A DNA stretch of 64,000 nucleotides from Thermoplasmata archaeon (GTDB lineage Archaea; Thermoplasmatota; Thermoplasmata; RBG-16-68-12; JAFNFQ01). Under the pieces are notes generated by a model, which saw only the letters and a program-made list of their open reading frames with translations, was not told where the DNA came from and did no database searches. Each line of letters opens with the position of its first letter. Position 1 is the first letter of the stretch. The position numbers and the translations under genes are program-made. Below are positions 9,630 to 18,411 of the stretch, piece by piece. The stretch lies in NCBI GenBank assembly GCA_041489255.1, contig JBGPQV010000008.1, positions 32,917 through 96,916 on the forward strand. Reading direction: 5' to 3'.

Positions 9630-10391
9630 CTAACCGATGTAGCCGAGATCCTCTTTCGGGGCGACCTCGGGCCCTCCCTCGGTGTCCCTGAGCTTCGATG
9701 TGATCTGGTCTATCTGCTTCGCCTTGTTCTCCAGCTCGGCGAAGGATATCTTGAGATCCAGAACGTGCGTGAGGACCTCCAGGACGGCTTGAGCGCTCTT
9801 CGGATCCACGAAGTATCCCGATGTCTCGCCCATGAGGCAGACCGACTGCATGTCGTAGAGCTTGCCCAGACCGAGCAGCAGCCCGCTCGCTCCTACGATT
9901 CCCGCCCCGGGCTCACCGCGGGCGAATACGACCCCATGCTTCTCCATCTCCTTCACGAGGTCGATGCTGGTGGCCGCTCCAAGGACCCTGGGTTTGGTGA
10001 CCATGCGCCCCAAGCCATAGCCGCCGAGGGTGTACATCATCTTCACCCCGAGCCCCTTCAGTTCCTTGAGGATGAAGTCGCTCAGCTCGTACTGGCCCTC
10101 GGGGGTGAGTCCCTGATAGTCCCCTGTCATGATGACCATGTCGTCCGCCTTCGGCGTCCTCTTGACGTGGTAAAACTCGTGGTTGACGAGCCGGACCAAG
10201 CCATCGTCCTGGACGAGGACCTGTGGCGGGAAGAACTTGGAGTAGAGCTCGGCGAACTTGACGCCCTTGAGCTCGTCCTTCAGATGCTCGGCGGCGAGTT
10301 TGCCCACGTTCCCTATTCCCGGGAGCCCCTCGACGAAGATCGGGTTGGTCAGCACGGGCTTCTCAGTGTACCTCATCGTGATGTCATCCAT
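9630..10391 (-). CDS. Proteasome assembly chaperone (PAC2 family)
   Basis: EGLPGIGNVGKLAAEHL, FPPQV, GETSGYFVDPKSA; conserved position after nop10. Confidence 0.93.
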   Translation of the reverse strand: MDDITMRYTEKPVLTNPIFVEGLPGIGNVGKLAAEHLKDELKGVKFAELYSKFFPPQVLVQDDGLVRLVNHEFYHVKRTPKADDMVIMTGDYQGLTPEGQYELSDFILKELKGLGVKMMYTLGGYGLGRMVTKPRVLGAATSIDLVKEMEKHGVVFARGEPGAGIVGASGLLLGLGKLYDMQSVCLMGETSGYFVDPKSAQAVLEVLTHVLDLKISFAELENKAKQIDQITSKLRDTEGGPEVAPKEDLGYIG

Positions 10392-10554
10392 GGTCTGAAA
10401 CCTCCTTCTTGAGCCTCCTCCGGTATGCGCCATAGCGGTCCTCCGGGGAGTACCTTGGCGGGAGGGGCATAATAGTGGCGGCCCCGCACGCCGGGCAGGA
10501 ACCCTTGAGGGTGTACCGACCGCAGGCCTTGCACAGACGGATGAGTGTTCTCAA
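10384..10554 (-). CDS. nop10: H/ACA RNP protein Nop10
   Basis: Manual translation from TTG: LRTLIRLCKACGRYTLKGSCPACG...PPRYSPEDRYGAYRRRLKK. Confidence 0.93.
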   Translation of the reverse strand: MRTLIRLCKACGRYTLKGSCPACGAATIMPLPPRYSPEDRYGAYRRRLKKEVSDHG

Positions 10555-10555
10555 A

Positions 10556-11338
10556 CTAGGCTTCCTCCCTGATAAACTTGCCTTCTCCGCCGTGAGCCTC
10601 CAAATACTTCAGAACCTTCTTTGCGGCGTTCTCAATCTCCGACTCGGCCGTCTTGTAGTCAGGGGCGCGCACGACCAAGCGATACCTCGGCGCGCCTATG
10701 TATTGCACCTTGACCGTCACATGGTCTTCCTTGAGCGCCTTTGCGAGTGCATCCTTTATGTGGACTGCGCCGTCAGGTCTAGGGCAGGTCATCTCAAGGA
10801 AGCCGCCAATCCTGACGAACGGAGCGACTATGTTCTCCCTCGCGACCTCGATGAACGTCTTGATCCAATCGCCCTCGAATCCCTCCTCCCCGAGGACGCC
10901 CTCGTCGATGACGCACGCCTCCATCGCATGGTATATCGTGCCAAATGAATCCGCAATCTTGTATCCGAAATCCTCGAAGCATTTCTCGATGGCGATCCCC
11001 AACCTCTGCGCGACGATCGCGAACAGCTTGTCCCCCTTCTGTTCGTTCTTCCACTCCTGTATCTTCTCGCGGCGCTTGTGTTCATTGACCGCCTTGAAAG
11101 AGAGGTCCACGTGGCCCTTCGCCTTGTCGACCCGGAGGACCTTGCATACCAGCTTCTGACCCTCGCGGACGTAGTCCCTGATGTACTTGATCCAGCCGGA
11201 GGCCACCTCAGCAATATGGATGAAACCTTCCTTGCCGTTGTACTCGTCCAGCGCGACGAACGCGCCGAAATCCTTGACCGTCTGGACCGTGCAGACTACA
11301 AGCTCCCCTTCATCCGGAAACTCTGCTGCACGAACCAT
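10556..11338 (-). CDS. eif2a: Translation initiation factor 2 alpha subunit
   Basis: FPDEGELVVCTV S1 domain, EGFIHIAEVASGWIK, YIGAPRYR. Confidence 0.96.
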   Translation of the reverse strand: MVRAAEFPDEGELVVCTVQTVKDFGAFVALDEYNGKEGFIHIAEVASGWIKYIRDYVREGQKLVCKVLRVDKAKGHVDLSFKAVNEHKRREKIQEWKNEQKGDKLFAIVAQRLGIAIEKCFEDFGYKIADSFGTIYHAMEACVIDEGVLGEEGFEGDWIKTFIEVARENIVAPFVRIGGFLEMTCPRPDGAVHIKDALAKALKEDHVTVKVQYIGAPRYRLVVRAPDYKTAESEIENAAKKVLKYLEAHGGEGKFIREEA

Positions 11339-11514
11339 CACTCCACGACTCCGATCACCTCGGCCCTGACAAGGGCTTTGCCGCCTGTGGGCTCGAGGAT
11401 GACCGCGCCGCAGACCTGGCACGCGACGACCGATGCCGCCCTCTCGAAGACTATCTGCTCGTTCGGGCAGTCCTTGCACTTCACTCTCAGGAAACGCGCG
11501 CGGTCCTTCAGCAT
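11338..11514 (-). CDS. rps27e: 30S ribosomal protein S27e
   Basis: [31 protein letters not shown]. Confidence 0.96.
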   Translation of the reverse strand: MLKDRARFLRVKCKDCPNEQIVFERAASVVACQVCGAVILEPTGGKALVRAEVIGVVE

Positions 11515-11801
11515 CACTGCGCCTCCGTCAGCTCGAACTTCTTCGCCCTGATACCCCGCCGCTGGTGTGACTTCTTGCAGGACTTGCACTTGAACCGGAG
11601 ATGGAGCCTCCTCGTCGGCTTCTCTCGCTCCGGGCCGGGCTTGGGCTTGGGGAAACTGCCGTACCCTTTCAGCTTGCGCCTGTACCGCCTCTGGCCGAGC
11701 CTGAGCTCGGAACGGGGCCTGCTCTTCACCCTCTCCACTTCCAGCTCCACGTGCTTCTTGCAGTGGGGGCAGTAGCCCATTATCACCCTAGGCATCTTCA
11801 T
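11514..11801 (-). CDS. rpl44e: 50S ribosomal protein L44e
   Basis: [28 protein letters not shown]. Confidence 0.96.
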   Translation of the reverse strand: MKMPRVIMGYCPHCKKHVELEVERVKSRPRSELRLGQRRYRRKLKGYGSFPKPKPGPEREKPTRRLHLRFKCKSCKKSHQRRGIRAKKFELTEAQ

Positions 11802-12061
11802 ATCTGGACCGTGCCGAGTTCACAGTCTTACTGCTATTAAAGGGTTGCTTCATGGCAGCGAGGCATTCGAAAACCGCGGGAACTGAGCAGAGCCGAGGTC
11901 ATAAATCGAGCGATCGGAATCGAGACCGGACTGTTCGAATCAGCACACGCTGAGGCTCTGCTTTCGCATGAGCCGCTGGCGTCCATGGCGGGAAGATTCT
12001 CCATCTTGATTAATAAATAGGAGCCTATATATATTCGGGCTCGGATAATTGGCGCGGTGCC

Positions 12062-12430
12062 TTGGTGGCGCGCGACGCAAGGATAAGCAAGAGGGACGAT
12101 ATCCTCGCAGAACTTATGACCAAGGCTGGCATGCCAAAGAACCTCTCCAAGGCTTTGATTTTCATCGCCAGGCGGAACGAAACGACCTCTGTGGAGATCG
12201 AGAAGGCCACGGGACTCCGCCAGCCAGAGGTTTCCATAGCGATGCAGGAGCTCAGGCGGCGCAGGTGGGTGGAGAAGAAGGAGATCAAGAAGGAGGGGAA
12301 GGGCAGGCCCGTGCACTCCTATAGGCTTTCTGTCCCGTTCCCCGAGATTGTTGATACAATCTGCGGACGGGAGGCCGAGAGGATCAAGCAGATAGAGGAG
12401 AACCTGAAGCGGCTGAGACAGCTCGCTTAG
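12062..12430 (+). CDS. Archaeal wHTH transcriptional regulator
   Basis: TSVEIEKATGLRQPEVSIAMQEL..GKGRPVHSYRL. Confidence 0.88.
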   Translation: MVARDARISKRDDILAELMTKAGMPKNLSKALIFIARRNETTSVEIEKATGLRQPEVSIAMQELRRRRWVEKKEIKKEGKGRPVHSYRLSVPFPEIVDTICGREAERIKQIEENLKRLRQLA

Positions 12431-13106
12431 CCCGCTCGAGGCGCTCGACGCCGCCTGCTTTTCCGACTATCACGAGGTCCGCCATGCCTGCAAAGATACC
12501 GTTCTGCACCGCGCCCGGGATGTTGTTTATAGTCTCCTCGAGAGCGGCGGGGTCGGGGATTCCTCCGAACGCGCAGTCCACGATGAAATTCCCGTTGTCC
12601 GTCATGTATGGGTTCATGCCGGATTTCCTAAGGCTCGGCTTGCAGCCGAGATCGCTGAGCCACCCCAGGGTCGCCTTCCACCCGAAGACATGGACTTCCA
12701 CGGGAACCGGCGTCTTCTCGCCGAGGTTCCTGACCACCTTGGATGAGTCGACCACGACGACGAATCGCTTCGATGCCTTGGCGACTATCTTCTCGCGGAA
12801 GAGCGCCCCGCCAAGTCCCTTGATGAGGTCCAGCTTCGGGTCGACCTCGTCGGCGCCGTCGACCGTCAGGTCAAGTTCCGGGTGATTCTGCAGCGTCCCG
12901 ACCTTGATGCCCGCCTGAGCCGCCAGGCGCTCCGTCTGCATCGAAGTGGGGACTCCTATGACGCTCATCCCTTCACGTGCGAGTTGCCCCAAGCGCTGGA
13001 TGAAGTAGCGGACGGTGGACCCCGTTCCTAGACCCACCGCCATGCCGTCTTTCACGAGCGCGACGGCGGCCTCTCCCGCGATCCTCTTCTCATCCTCAGC
13101 CGCCAT
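12384..13106 (-). CDS. rpiA: Ribose-5-phosphate isomerase A
   Basis: GLGTGST, DGADEVD, KGLGGALFREKI, TDNGNFIVD. Confidence 0.96.
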   Translation of the reverse strand: MAAEDEKRIAGEAAVALVKDGMAVGLGTGSTVRYFIQRLGQLAREGMSVIGVPTSMQTERLAAQAGIKVGTLQNHPELDLTVDGADEVDPKLDLIKGLGGALFREKIVAKASKRFVVVVDSSKVVRNLGEKTPVPVEVHVFGWKATLGWLSDLGCKPSLRKSGMNPYMTDNGNFIVDCAFGGIPDPAALEETINNIPGAVQNGIFAGMADLVIVGKAGGVERLERAKRAVSAASGSPLSA

Positions 13107-13813
13107 CACTTCACCCGCCACGTCTTCATGTCGCGGATAAGTTTGACAATCTCCGCCACCACCCTATCATCGAGCTTCCTGCCGAGGGCGGCACTCGCCT
13201 TCCTCGGGTCCCCCGTCCAGCCGGGCCAGAACGGTCGAACGTCATCCAGGATCGCATATTCGGGCATCCGGTTCTCCGCGGCTGGCGGGCGCTTCTTGAC
13301 CAGCTTCGGCTTCTCCGCCATGATCCGCGAGGTCTCGCCCATGCCCGCGTGCCCGTCCTCTGGCGGGAGCATGTTCTTGTTGTAGATGATGTCGTAATCG
13401 GAGAACACAAGGATCTTGACCTTCGACTTGCGCACGACCTCTCTTGCCGCCACTCTGAGGGCAGCCATGTGATCCTGCCCCGCGTGGCCCGTCAGGACGA
13501 TGATGTTCCTGAAGCCGTTGCGGACGAGTTCGGAGAGAATGTCGCGGACAGTCAACCTCAGGGCCTCGAAAGATATGGAGATCGTGCCCGGGTATTCCTT
13601 CGTCGTGTTGCACACGCCATAGTACAGGAATGGAGCGATGAAGGCGCCCGTCTTCTTGGAGACCATCTCTGCAACGCGCATGGGCTGGAAGCAGTCAGTC
13701 GCGAGAGGCAGGTGCGGTCCATGCTCCTCAATCGAACCGATCGGCAGTATGACAACAGACTTCTCATTCACCTTTTCCGCGAATTCGCGGGAGGTCATCT
13801 CTTCGAGCTTCAT
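13106..13813 (-). CDS. Creatininase family amidohydrolase
   Basis: PIGSIEEHGPHLPLATD, GHAG, HAGMGETS. Confidence 0.92.
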   Translation of the reverse strand: MKLEEMTSREFAEKVNEKSVVILPIGSIEEHGPHLPLATDCFQPMRVAEMVSKKTGAFIAPFLYYGVCNTTKEYPGTISISFEALRLTVRDILSELVRNGFRNIIVLTGHAGQDHMAALRVAAREVVRKSKVKILVFSDYDIIYNKNMLPPEDGHAGMGETSRIMAEKPKLVKKRPPAAENRMPEYAILDDVRPFWPGWTGDPRKASAALGRKLDDRVVAEIVKLIRDMKTWRVK

Positions 13814-13896
13814 CGCCTCCGTTATCCACTGCCCGCCGAAATAGCTTATCGTGGCGGGGGGATGGTTATTATTGGTGAAAACCCCTCCAGGGGTGC

Positions 13897-14571
13897 GTGA
13901 GAGTCGCCGCGTTATTCTCTGGCGGGAAGGATTCCACCTACGCGCTCTATGTTGCCCAACAGCGCGGATGGGAAGTGTGCAACCTCGTGACCATGGTCCC
14001 CGAGGACGCCGAATCCCTGCTGTATCATGTCCCGAACATCCACCTTGCCCCGCTTCTCTCAGAGTGCCTGGGAATCCCGCTGACCCTGGGAGAAGCGAGC
14101 GCGGGGGAATCCGGCGAAATCGGCGGTATGGAAGATGCTTTGAGGAACCTGCGGGTCGATGGCGTCGTCACGGGGGCGGTCGCGTCCGAGTACCAGAAGT
14201 CGCGCATCGATGGCGTCTGTCAGAATCTTGGTTTGAGGTGCTTCTCGCCTCTTTGGCGGCGAAATCAGGCGGGCCTTCTCGACGACTACATTGCGGCTGG
14301 ATTCCGCATCATTTTCTCGGGCGTGGCGGCTGAGGGTCTTGATTCCTCTTGGCTGGGGCGGGAATTGGATCAGAAGGCGAAAGAGGAATTGCTTTCTCTT
14401 CACGGGAAGCACGGCCTGAGTCCATGCGGCGAGGGCGGTGAGTACGAGTCCCTTGTCGTGGATGGACCGAACTTCAGGAGGAGATTGCGGATCGAGCAAT
14501 CGGAACCCCAATGGAAAGGCAATTCGGGGACGTTCAAGATCCTCAGGGCCATCGCGGTCGAAAAGCAGTGA
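13897..14571 (+). CDS. dph6: Diphthine--ammonia ligase
   Basis: FSGGKDS, SEYQKSR, CGEGGEYESLVVDGP. Confidence 0.92.
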   Translation: MRVAALFSGGKDSTYALYVAQQRGWEVCNLVTMVPEDAESLLYHVPNIHLAPLLSECLGIPLTLGEASAGESGEIGGMEDALRNLRVDGVVTGAVASEYQKSRIDGVCQNLGLRCFSPLWRRNQAGLLDDYIAAGFRIIFSGVAAEGLDSSWLGRELDQKAKEELLSLHGKHGLSPCGEGGEYESLVVDGPNFRRRLRIEQSEPQWKGNSGTFKILRAIAVEKQ

Positions 14572-14577
14572 ATGGAG

Positions 14578-14680
14578 TGGGGCTGCCCGAATTCGAATCG
14601 GAGTCTCCAGCTCCCAAAGCTGGAAGGATGGACCATTGTAGCCAGAGACCGATGGTCTCCAGTAGCTACCCCACAGCCCC
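14578..14680 (-). tRNA. tRNA-Pro(UGG) with 28-nt intron in the D-loop (14636-14663)
   Basis: GGGGCTG..GGGTAGCT[intron]TGGTCCATCCTT-CCAGC-TTTGGGA-GCTGG..TTCGAAT..CAGCCCCA; intron removal gives a 75-nt canonical tRNA. Confidence 0.9.
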
Positions 14681-14716
14681 ACTGACCGAAGATTGCAGAC
14701 CGATATCAACATTCGC

Positions 14717-15676
14717 TCAGGCTTTCCCGAGCATCTCCCTTGCGGCCAGTCGAACCGCCTCGGCGCTCTTGTAGCGTGGCCGCCATCCGGTCCGCTTGAG
14801 CTTCTCGATGGAGAGAATCATCTTCGTGACGTCGCCGGCCCAGCCGCGCCCGCCATCCACACCGCCGGCCCATTCGAACTCGACATCCTTGAGGCCCATC
14901 TCATCCGCCACAATCTTGGCGATGTCCTCGACCAGCATCATGTCCTCGCTGCCGACGTTGTAGAAGTCCACCTGCTCGCTTTCCGCCTTCCAGGCCGACA
15001 TCATCCCCGCCACGACGTCGCTCACATGGACGTAGGACTTCAGCGTGCCAGGGTACCGCCCGAGTATCTCCAGCTTCTTCGGGTTCTTCTTCAGCTTGTT
15101 CAAGAAGTCGAACGTGACGCCGTGAGTGCTCCTCCCGCCAACGACGTTCGCGAGGCGGAAGATCAGCGCCCGCCATCCGTTCGTCTTCGCATAGGCTGTG
15201 ATCAGGGCTTCCGACGCGAGCTTGGTCGCGCCGTAAGTGGAAATCGGGACGAGGGGGCCGTAATTCTCAGGTGTCGGCACGACAGGCGGCTCGCCATAGA
15301 TGGTCGAGGTCGATGTGAACAGCATCGTCTTGACGTCTGAGGAGCGCATCGCCTCGAGCAGCCTCTGAGTCAGGACGACATTCGATTCGAAGTGAAGGGA
15401 AGGCTGCTTGATCCCCGCGCGCACGTCCGGATTCGACGCGAGATGGATCACAACGTCCATGTCCTTGAGGAATCGGCGGATGGAACCCTTGAGGATGTCC
15501 GCCTTCGCAAATCTCATTCCATGCCCTTTGACCAGCGCGTCGACGAACTCCTTCTTCCCCGAGCTCAGATTGTCGAGGATGAGAACGTCGCAGGAGTCGC
15601 TCAGTGCCTCTGCTATATAGCTGCCTATGAAACCGGCTCCACCCGTTATCAGGACTCTGCTGCCTGCGATTGTCAT
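14717..15676 (-). CDS. NAD-dependent epimerase/dehydratase (GalE-like)
   Basis: TGGAGFIGS, TSTSTIYG, YGATK. Confidence 0.93.
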   Translation of the reverse strand: MTIAGSRVLITGGAGFIGSYIAEALSDSCDVLILDNLSSGKKEFVDALVKGHGMRFAKADILKGSIRRFLKDMDVVIHLASNPDVRAGIKQPSLHFESNVVLTQRLLEAMRSSDVKTMLFTSTSTIYGEPPVVPTPENYGPLVPISTYGATKLASEALITAYAKTNGWRALIFRLANVVGGRSTHGVTFDFLNKLKKNPKKLEILGRYPGTLKSYVHVSDVVAGMMSAWKAESEQVDFYNVGSEDMMLVEDIAKIVADEMGLKDVEFEWAGGVDGGRGWAGDVTKMILSIEKLKRTGWRPRYKSAEAVRLAAREMLGKA

Positions 15677-15800
15677 GAGTGACCCCTCCTCCGGGCTTGA
15701 AGCGCGGGCGGGTCGTCTGCCTAATGGGGATGGCGGTAATCAAGATTCCCATGCGCGGCGGGAGCATGATGATGGAGCAACGGACAGAATCGGCGGGTTC

Positions 15801-15986
15801 TCACCGCCAAATCGTCCTGAGTCCCGCCACCGACCTGAGTTCGTTGCCGCTGGTGATTAGAGGGATCTTGCTGTCGAGCGCGTCAGCGACAATCATCCGG
15901 TCATGCAACTCATGCAAATCGAGACTTATCAGAATATCCCAAGCCGAGTGCGACAGATGGGACAGGGTGATGAATGACGTTGCCAA
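15801..15986 (-). pseudogene. Truncated VapC/PIN toxin (C-terminal half only)
   Basis: ELHDRMIVADALDSKIPLITS..LRTIW matches the PIN C-terminus; only 61 aa, N-terminal DT motif absent. Confidence 0.7.
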
Positions 15987-15998
15987 GATCTTTAACGG

Positions 15999-16235
15999 TC
16001 AGATAGTCCTCATCTTCCGCAGTCTCTCGAGATCCTGTTCAAGTCCTGTCGAGTCGATCTTCCCCTTCAGAATCCCTCTGAGGCTCGTGCGCCCGTGCTT
16101 GAGGAGGATGCCCTCGCCGGCATCGACAATGAGAGCCTCCTCACCCTCCTTGAGGTGATGCTTCTCCCCGAGGCCTTTGGGCTGGGTGACCTGCCCTCTT
16201 GAGCGGATTCTCACGCCTTTTGTCATGTCGCGCAT
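15999..16235 (-). CDS. AbrB/MazE/SpoVT-family antitoxin
   Basis: VRIRSRGQVTQPK..LKEGEE..GEGILLK; directly upstream of the PIN fragment. Confidence 0.8.
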   Translation of the reverse strand: MRDMTKGVRIRSRGQVTQPKGLGEKHHLKEGEEALIVDAGEGILLKHGRTSLRGILKGKIDSTGLEQDLERLRKMRTI

Positions 16236-16434
16236 GATATCGCCTTTCGAGCATAACAACTTTACTTCAGGCAATGCGGATAAACCCAATGCCCCGAATG
16301 ACCGATATGCTTACTTCGTGACAGGATTCTTGAATGATTGCCCTTCTTTCACAAAGAACTGTGCAAGACTCTCTTGGAACTCAGGGCGGCCTTCGGACGG
16401 AATCCCCAAACGTTCCTGCGCTTGGCATGGAATC

Positions 16435-17050
16435 CCGGACGATTCGCTTGGCTCTGCAGACGGCCCGCACGGCATTCCGCACGGTCCAAGGGTCTTTGAA
16501 GACAGCCAAAACCCACTTCCAGACGACTGTCTGGGGCTTCCAGACAACCGTCTGGGACCTCTAGAAAGATGTCTGGCGGTTCCAGACGACCATTTTCGAC
16601 CATCAGAGGCCCGAATGGAGGTCCGGACCACCCGAACCTCCCGCCAGACGACTTTCTGCTGCCGCCAGACAACCGTCTGGGACCTCCGGACGACTGTCTG
16701 CGACCTCCAGAAGACCGTCTGGGGCTTCCAGACAACCGTCTGGCGGTCGCGGAAGGGAGTCAGAGGAGGGTTGGAGCCTTCTGACGCTTCCAGACAACTG
16801 TCTGGGACTCGCTTCGGACCGTCTGGCGGTTGCGGCGGACTGTCTGGGGCTTCCAGAAGATTGTCTGGAGCTTCCAGACAACTGTCTGAGACCCGTCTGG
16901 AATTCGCTGGATAAGGGAGTGGATCGGCTTGACATGTATTCGGGTCTTCTCACGGTCCGCCAAGACCGGCTTGATGTTGGTTTGAGTCGGCTGGAGGTGC
17001 GTCAGAGTGTTCTCATGGTCCGCGAGGATCGACCGGGATCGGAAGGGGAT
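16435..17050. repeat. Degenerate 21-bp tandem array, core CCAGAC-N4-GTCTGG
   Basis: Cores at 16519, 16540, 16582, 16644, 16665, 16686, 16707, 16728, 16790, 16853, 16874; weaker 21-nt periodicity on both flanks. Confidence 0.9.
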
Positions 17051-17248
17051 CGCTGAGAGGTGGAATCCAATTGGCTGACGGCCGTTGCTGCCTGTCCGCC
17101 ATGGTCCTGAAAAAGGAACCCGCTAGTATCATCGCGGGGAAGACTCATCCCCTCGCTCTCATCACAGACATCGCAGTGCGTGACTTGTCCGCTCTCAGCG
17201 TAACGAGTCTCTCGGATCTGGGGGCGCCTCTCAGTCACTGCGTGAACA

Positions 17249-17806
17249 TCATTCGTCGCCGCTCTCTTTCAGAATAAACTTGATAGCTAGTCTCGCGGCT
17301 TTCCCGCGATGCGAGAAATCGTTCTTCTCCTTCACTGTCATCTGGGCGAATGTCCTCCGCTGACTCTTCGGAATAAATATCGGGTCGTAGCCGAAACCGC
17401 TATTCCCTCGCATCTCCGTTGAGATGACGCCCTCGCACTTCCCGTGGAAGATGTGAGTCTCCCCGCTAACGCGGAGACCGAAGCATGTCTCGAACCTAGC
17501 CCCCCTCGCAGTCCACCCCATCATCAACTTCAGGATTCCTTGGCACCCCATGGTCTTGTACACGAATGAAGAGTAGACTCCAGGAAACCCGCCAAGCTTC
17601 TCGATGAACAGACCGGAATCATCGATGAGCAGGTCGCCTTCTCCCGCGGGAATCGTCTTGAGGCCGTACTCCACGACCTCGCCAACCGAGTCCGCCTGGA
17701 TCTCCGGGTATGGCTGATTCAGCCTCTCCAGCTCTATCCCCTTGGCGGCGAACATCTCGCTCACTTCCTTGAACTTCCCGTCGTTCGTCGTCACGAACTT
17801 GATCAA
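17249..17806 (-). CDS. rdgB: Non-canonical purine NTP pyrophosphatase (RdgB/HAM1)
   Basis: FVTTNDGK, DDSGL..GFPGVYS, GFGYDPIF, SHRGKA; TTG start overlapping the bud32 stop. Confidence 0.95.
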   Translation of the reverse strand: MIKFVTTNDGKFKEVSEMFAAKGIELERLNQPYPEIQADSVGEVVEYGLKTIPAGEGDLLIDDSGLFIEKLGGFPGVYSSFVYKTMGCQGILKLMMGWTARGARFETCFGLRVSGETHIFHGKCEGVISTEMRGNSGFGYDPIFIPKSQRRTFAQMTVKEKNDFSHRGKAARLAIKFILKESGDE

Positions 17807-18411
17807 GTGTAGCGCCCCCTCGACTCGATCTCCTTGACCTTCAGCAGGACCTCTTCGGCCCCCTCGTACACCTTGCGGTACGCGCCCGCCACGCTGTCGA
17901 ACAAATCCGGCATGTCCGAGTGCGCGCTCGTGAGGGCCTCCTTGAGCAGGTGCAGGTCCACGCCCTTCGCCTCGACACTCGATGACTTCTCCCCGAGGCT
18001 GAAGTCGATGAGGTGCACGCGGCCGCCGCGGTAGATCATGTTCGACGTCGTCAGGTCTCCGTGAACGATGTCTCCTGAGTGCAGCTTCGCGGCGACCTCC
18101 CCGACCTGTTCGCACAGAGCCTTCGGTTCGTGAGACCTCTTCTGCAGCATCTCCTTCACCGTCGGCCCCTCGATGAATTCGAGCGTGAGGCTGTTCTCCT
18201 CGACGTCGATGTCGTAGATGATCGGCACCGCAACGCCGAGCTCCCTCGCCCCGGTCATGAGCTTCACCTCTGTCCTGAGGCGGGACTTCCTCAGCGACTC
18301 GTCAAGCTGCGGGCTCCGGTAGGCCTTCGGCACGCGGTGCTTCACCACCACCTCCCGCCCGTGCCATGTCGATTTGCTCAGCTCCGCCTCCGCCCCGCGT
18401 TTCAGTATCAA
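17803..18411 (-). CDS. bud32: KEOPS complex kinase Bud32
   Basis: RGAEA, KHRVPKAYR, HGDLTTSNM, IDFSL, VDLHLL, RGRY C-terminus. Confidence 0.94.
   Translation of the reverse strand: MILKRGAEAELSKSTWHGREVVVKHRVPKAYRSPQLDESLRKSRLRTEVKLMTGARELGVAVPIIYDIDVEENSLTLEFIEGPTVKEMLQKRSHEPKALCEQVGEVAAKLHSGDIVHGDLTTSNMIYRGGRVHLIDFSLGEKSSSVEAKGVDLHLLKEALTSAHSDMPDLFDSVAGAYRKVYEGAEEVLLKVKEIESRGRYT

Noticed and set aside
16519-16900. CRISPR array or single intact repeat-protein gene
   Set aside because: Units are contiguous without unique spacers, and two 1-nt slips break every frame
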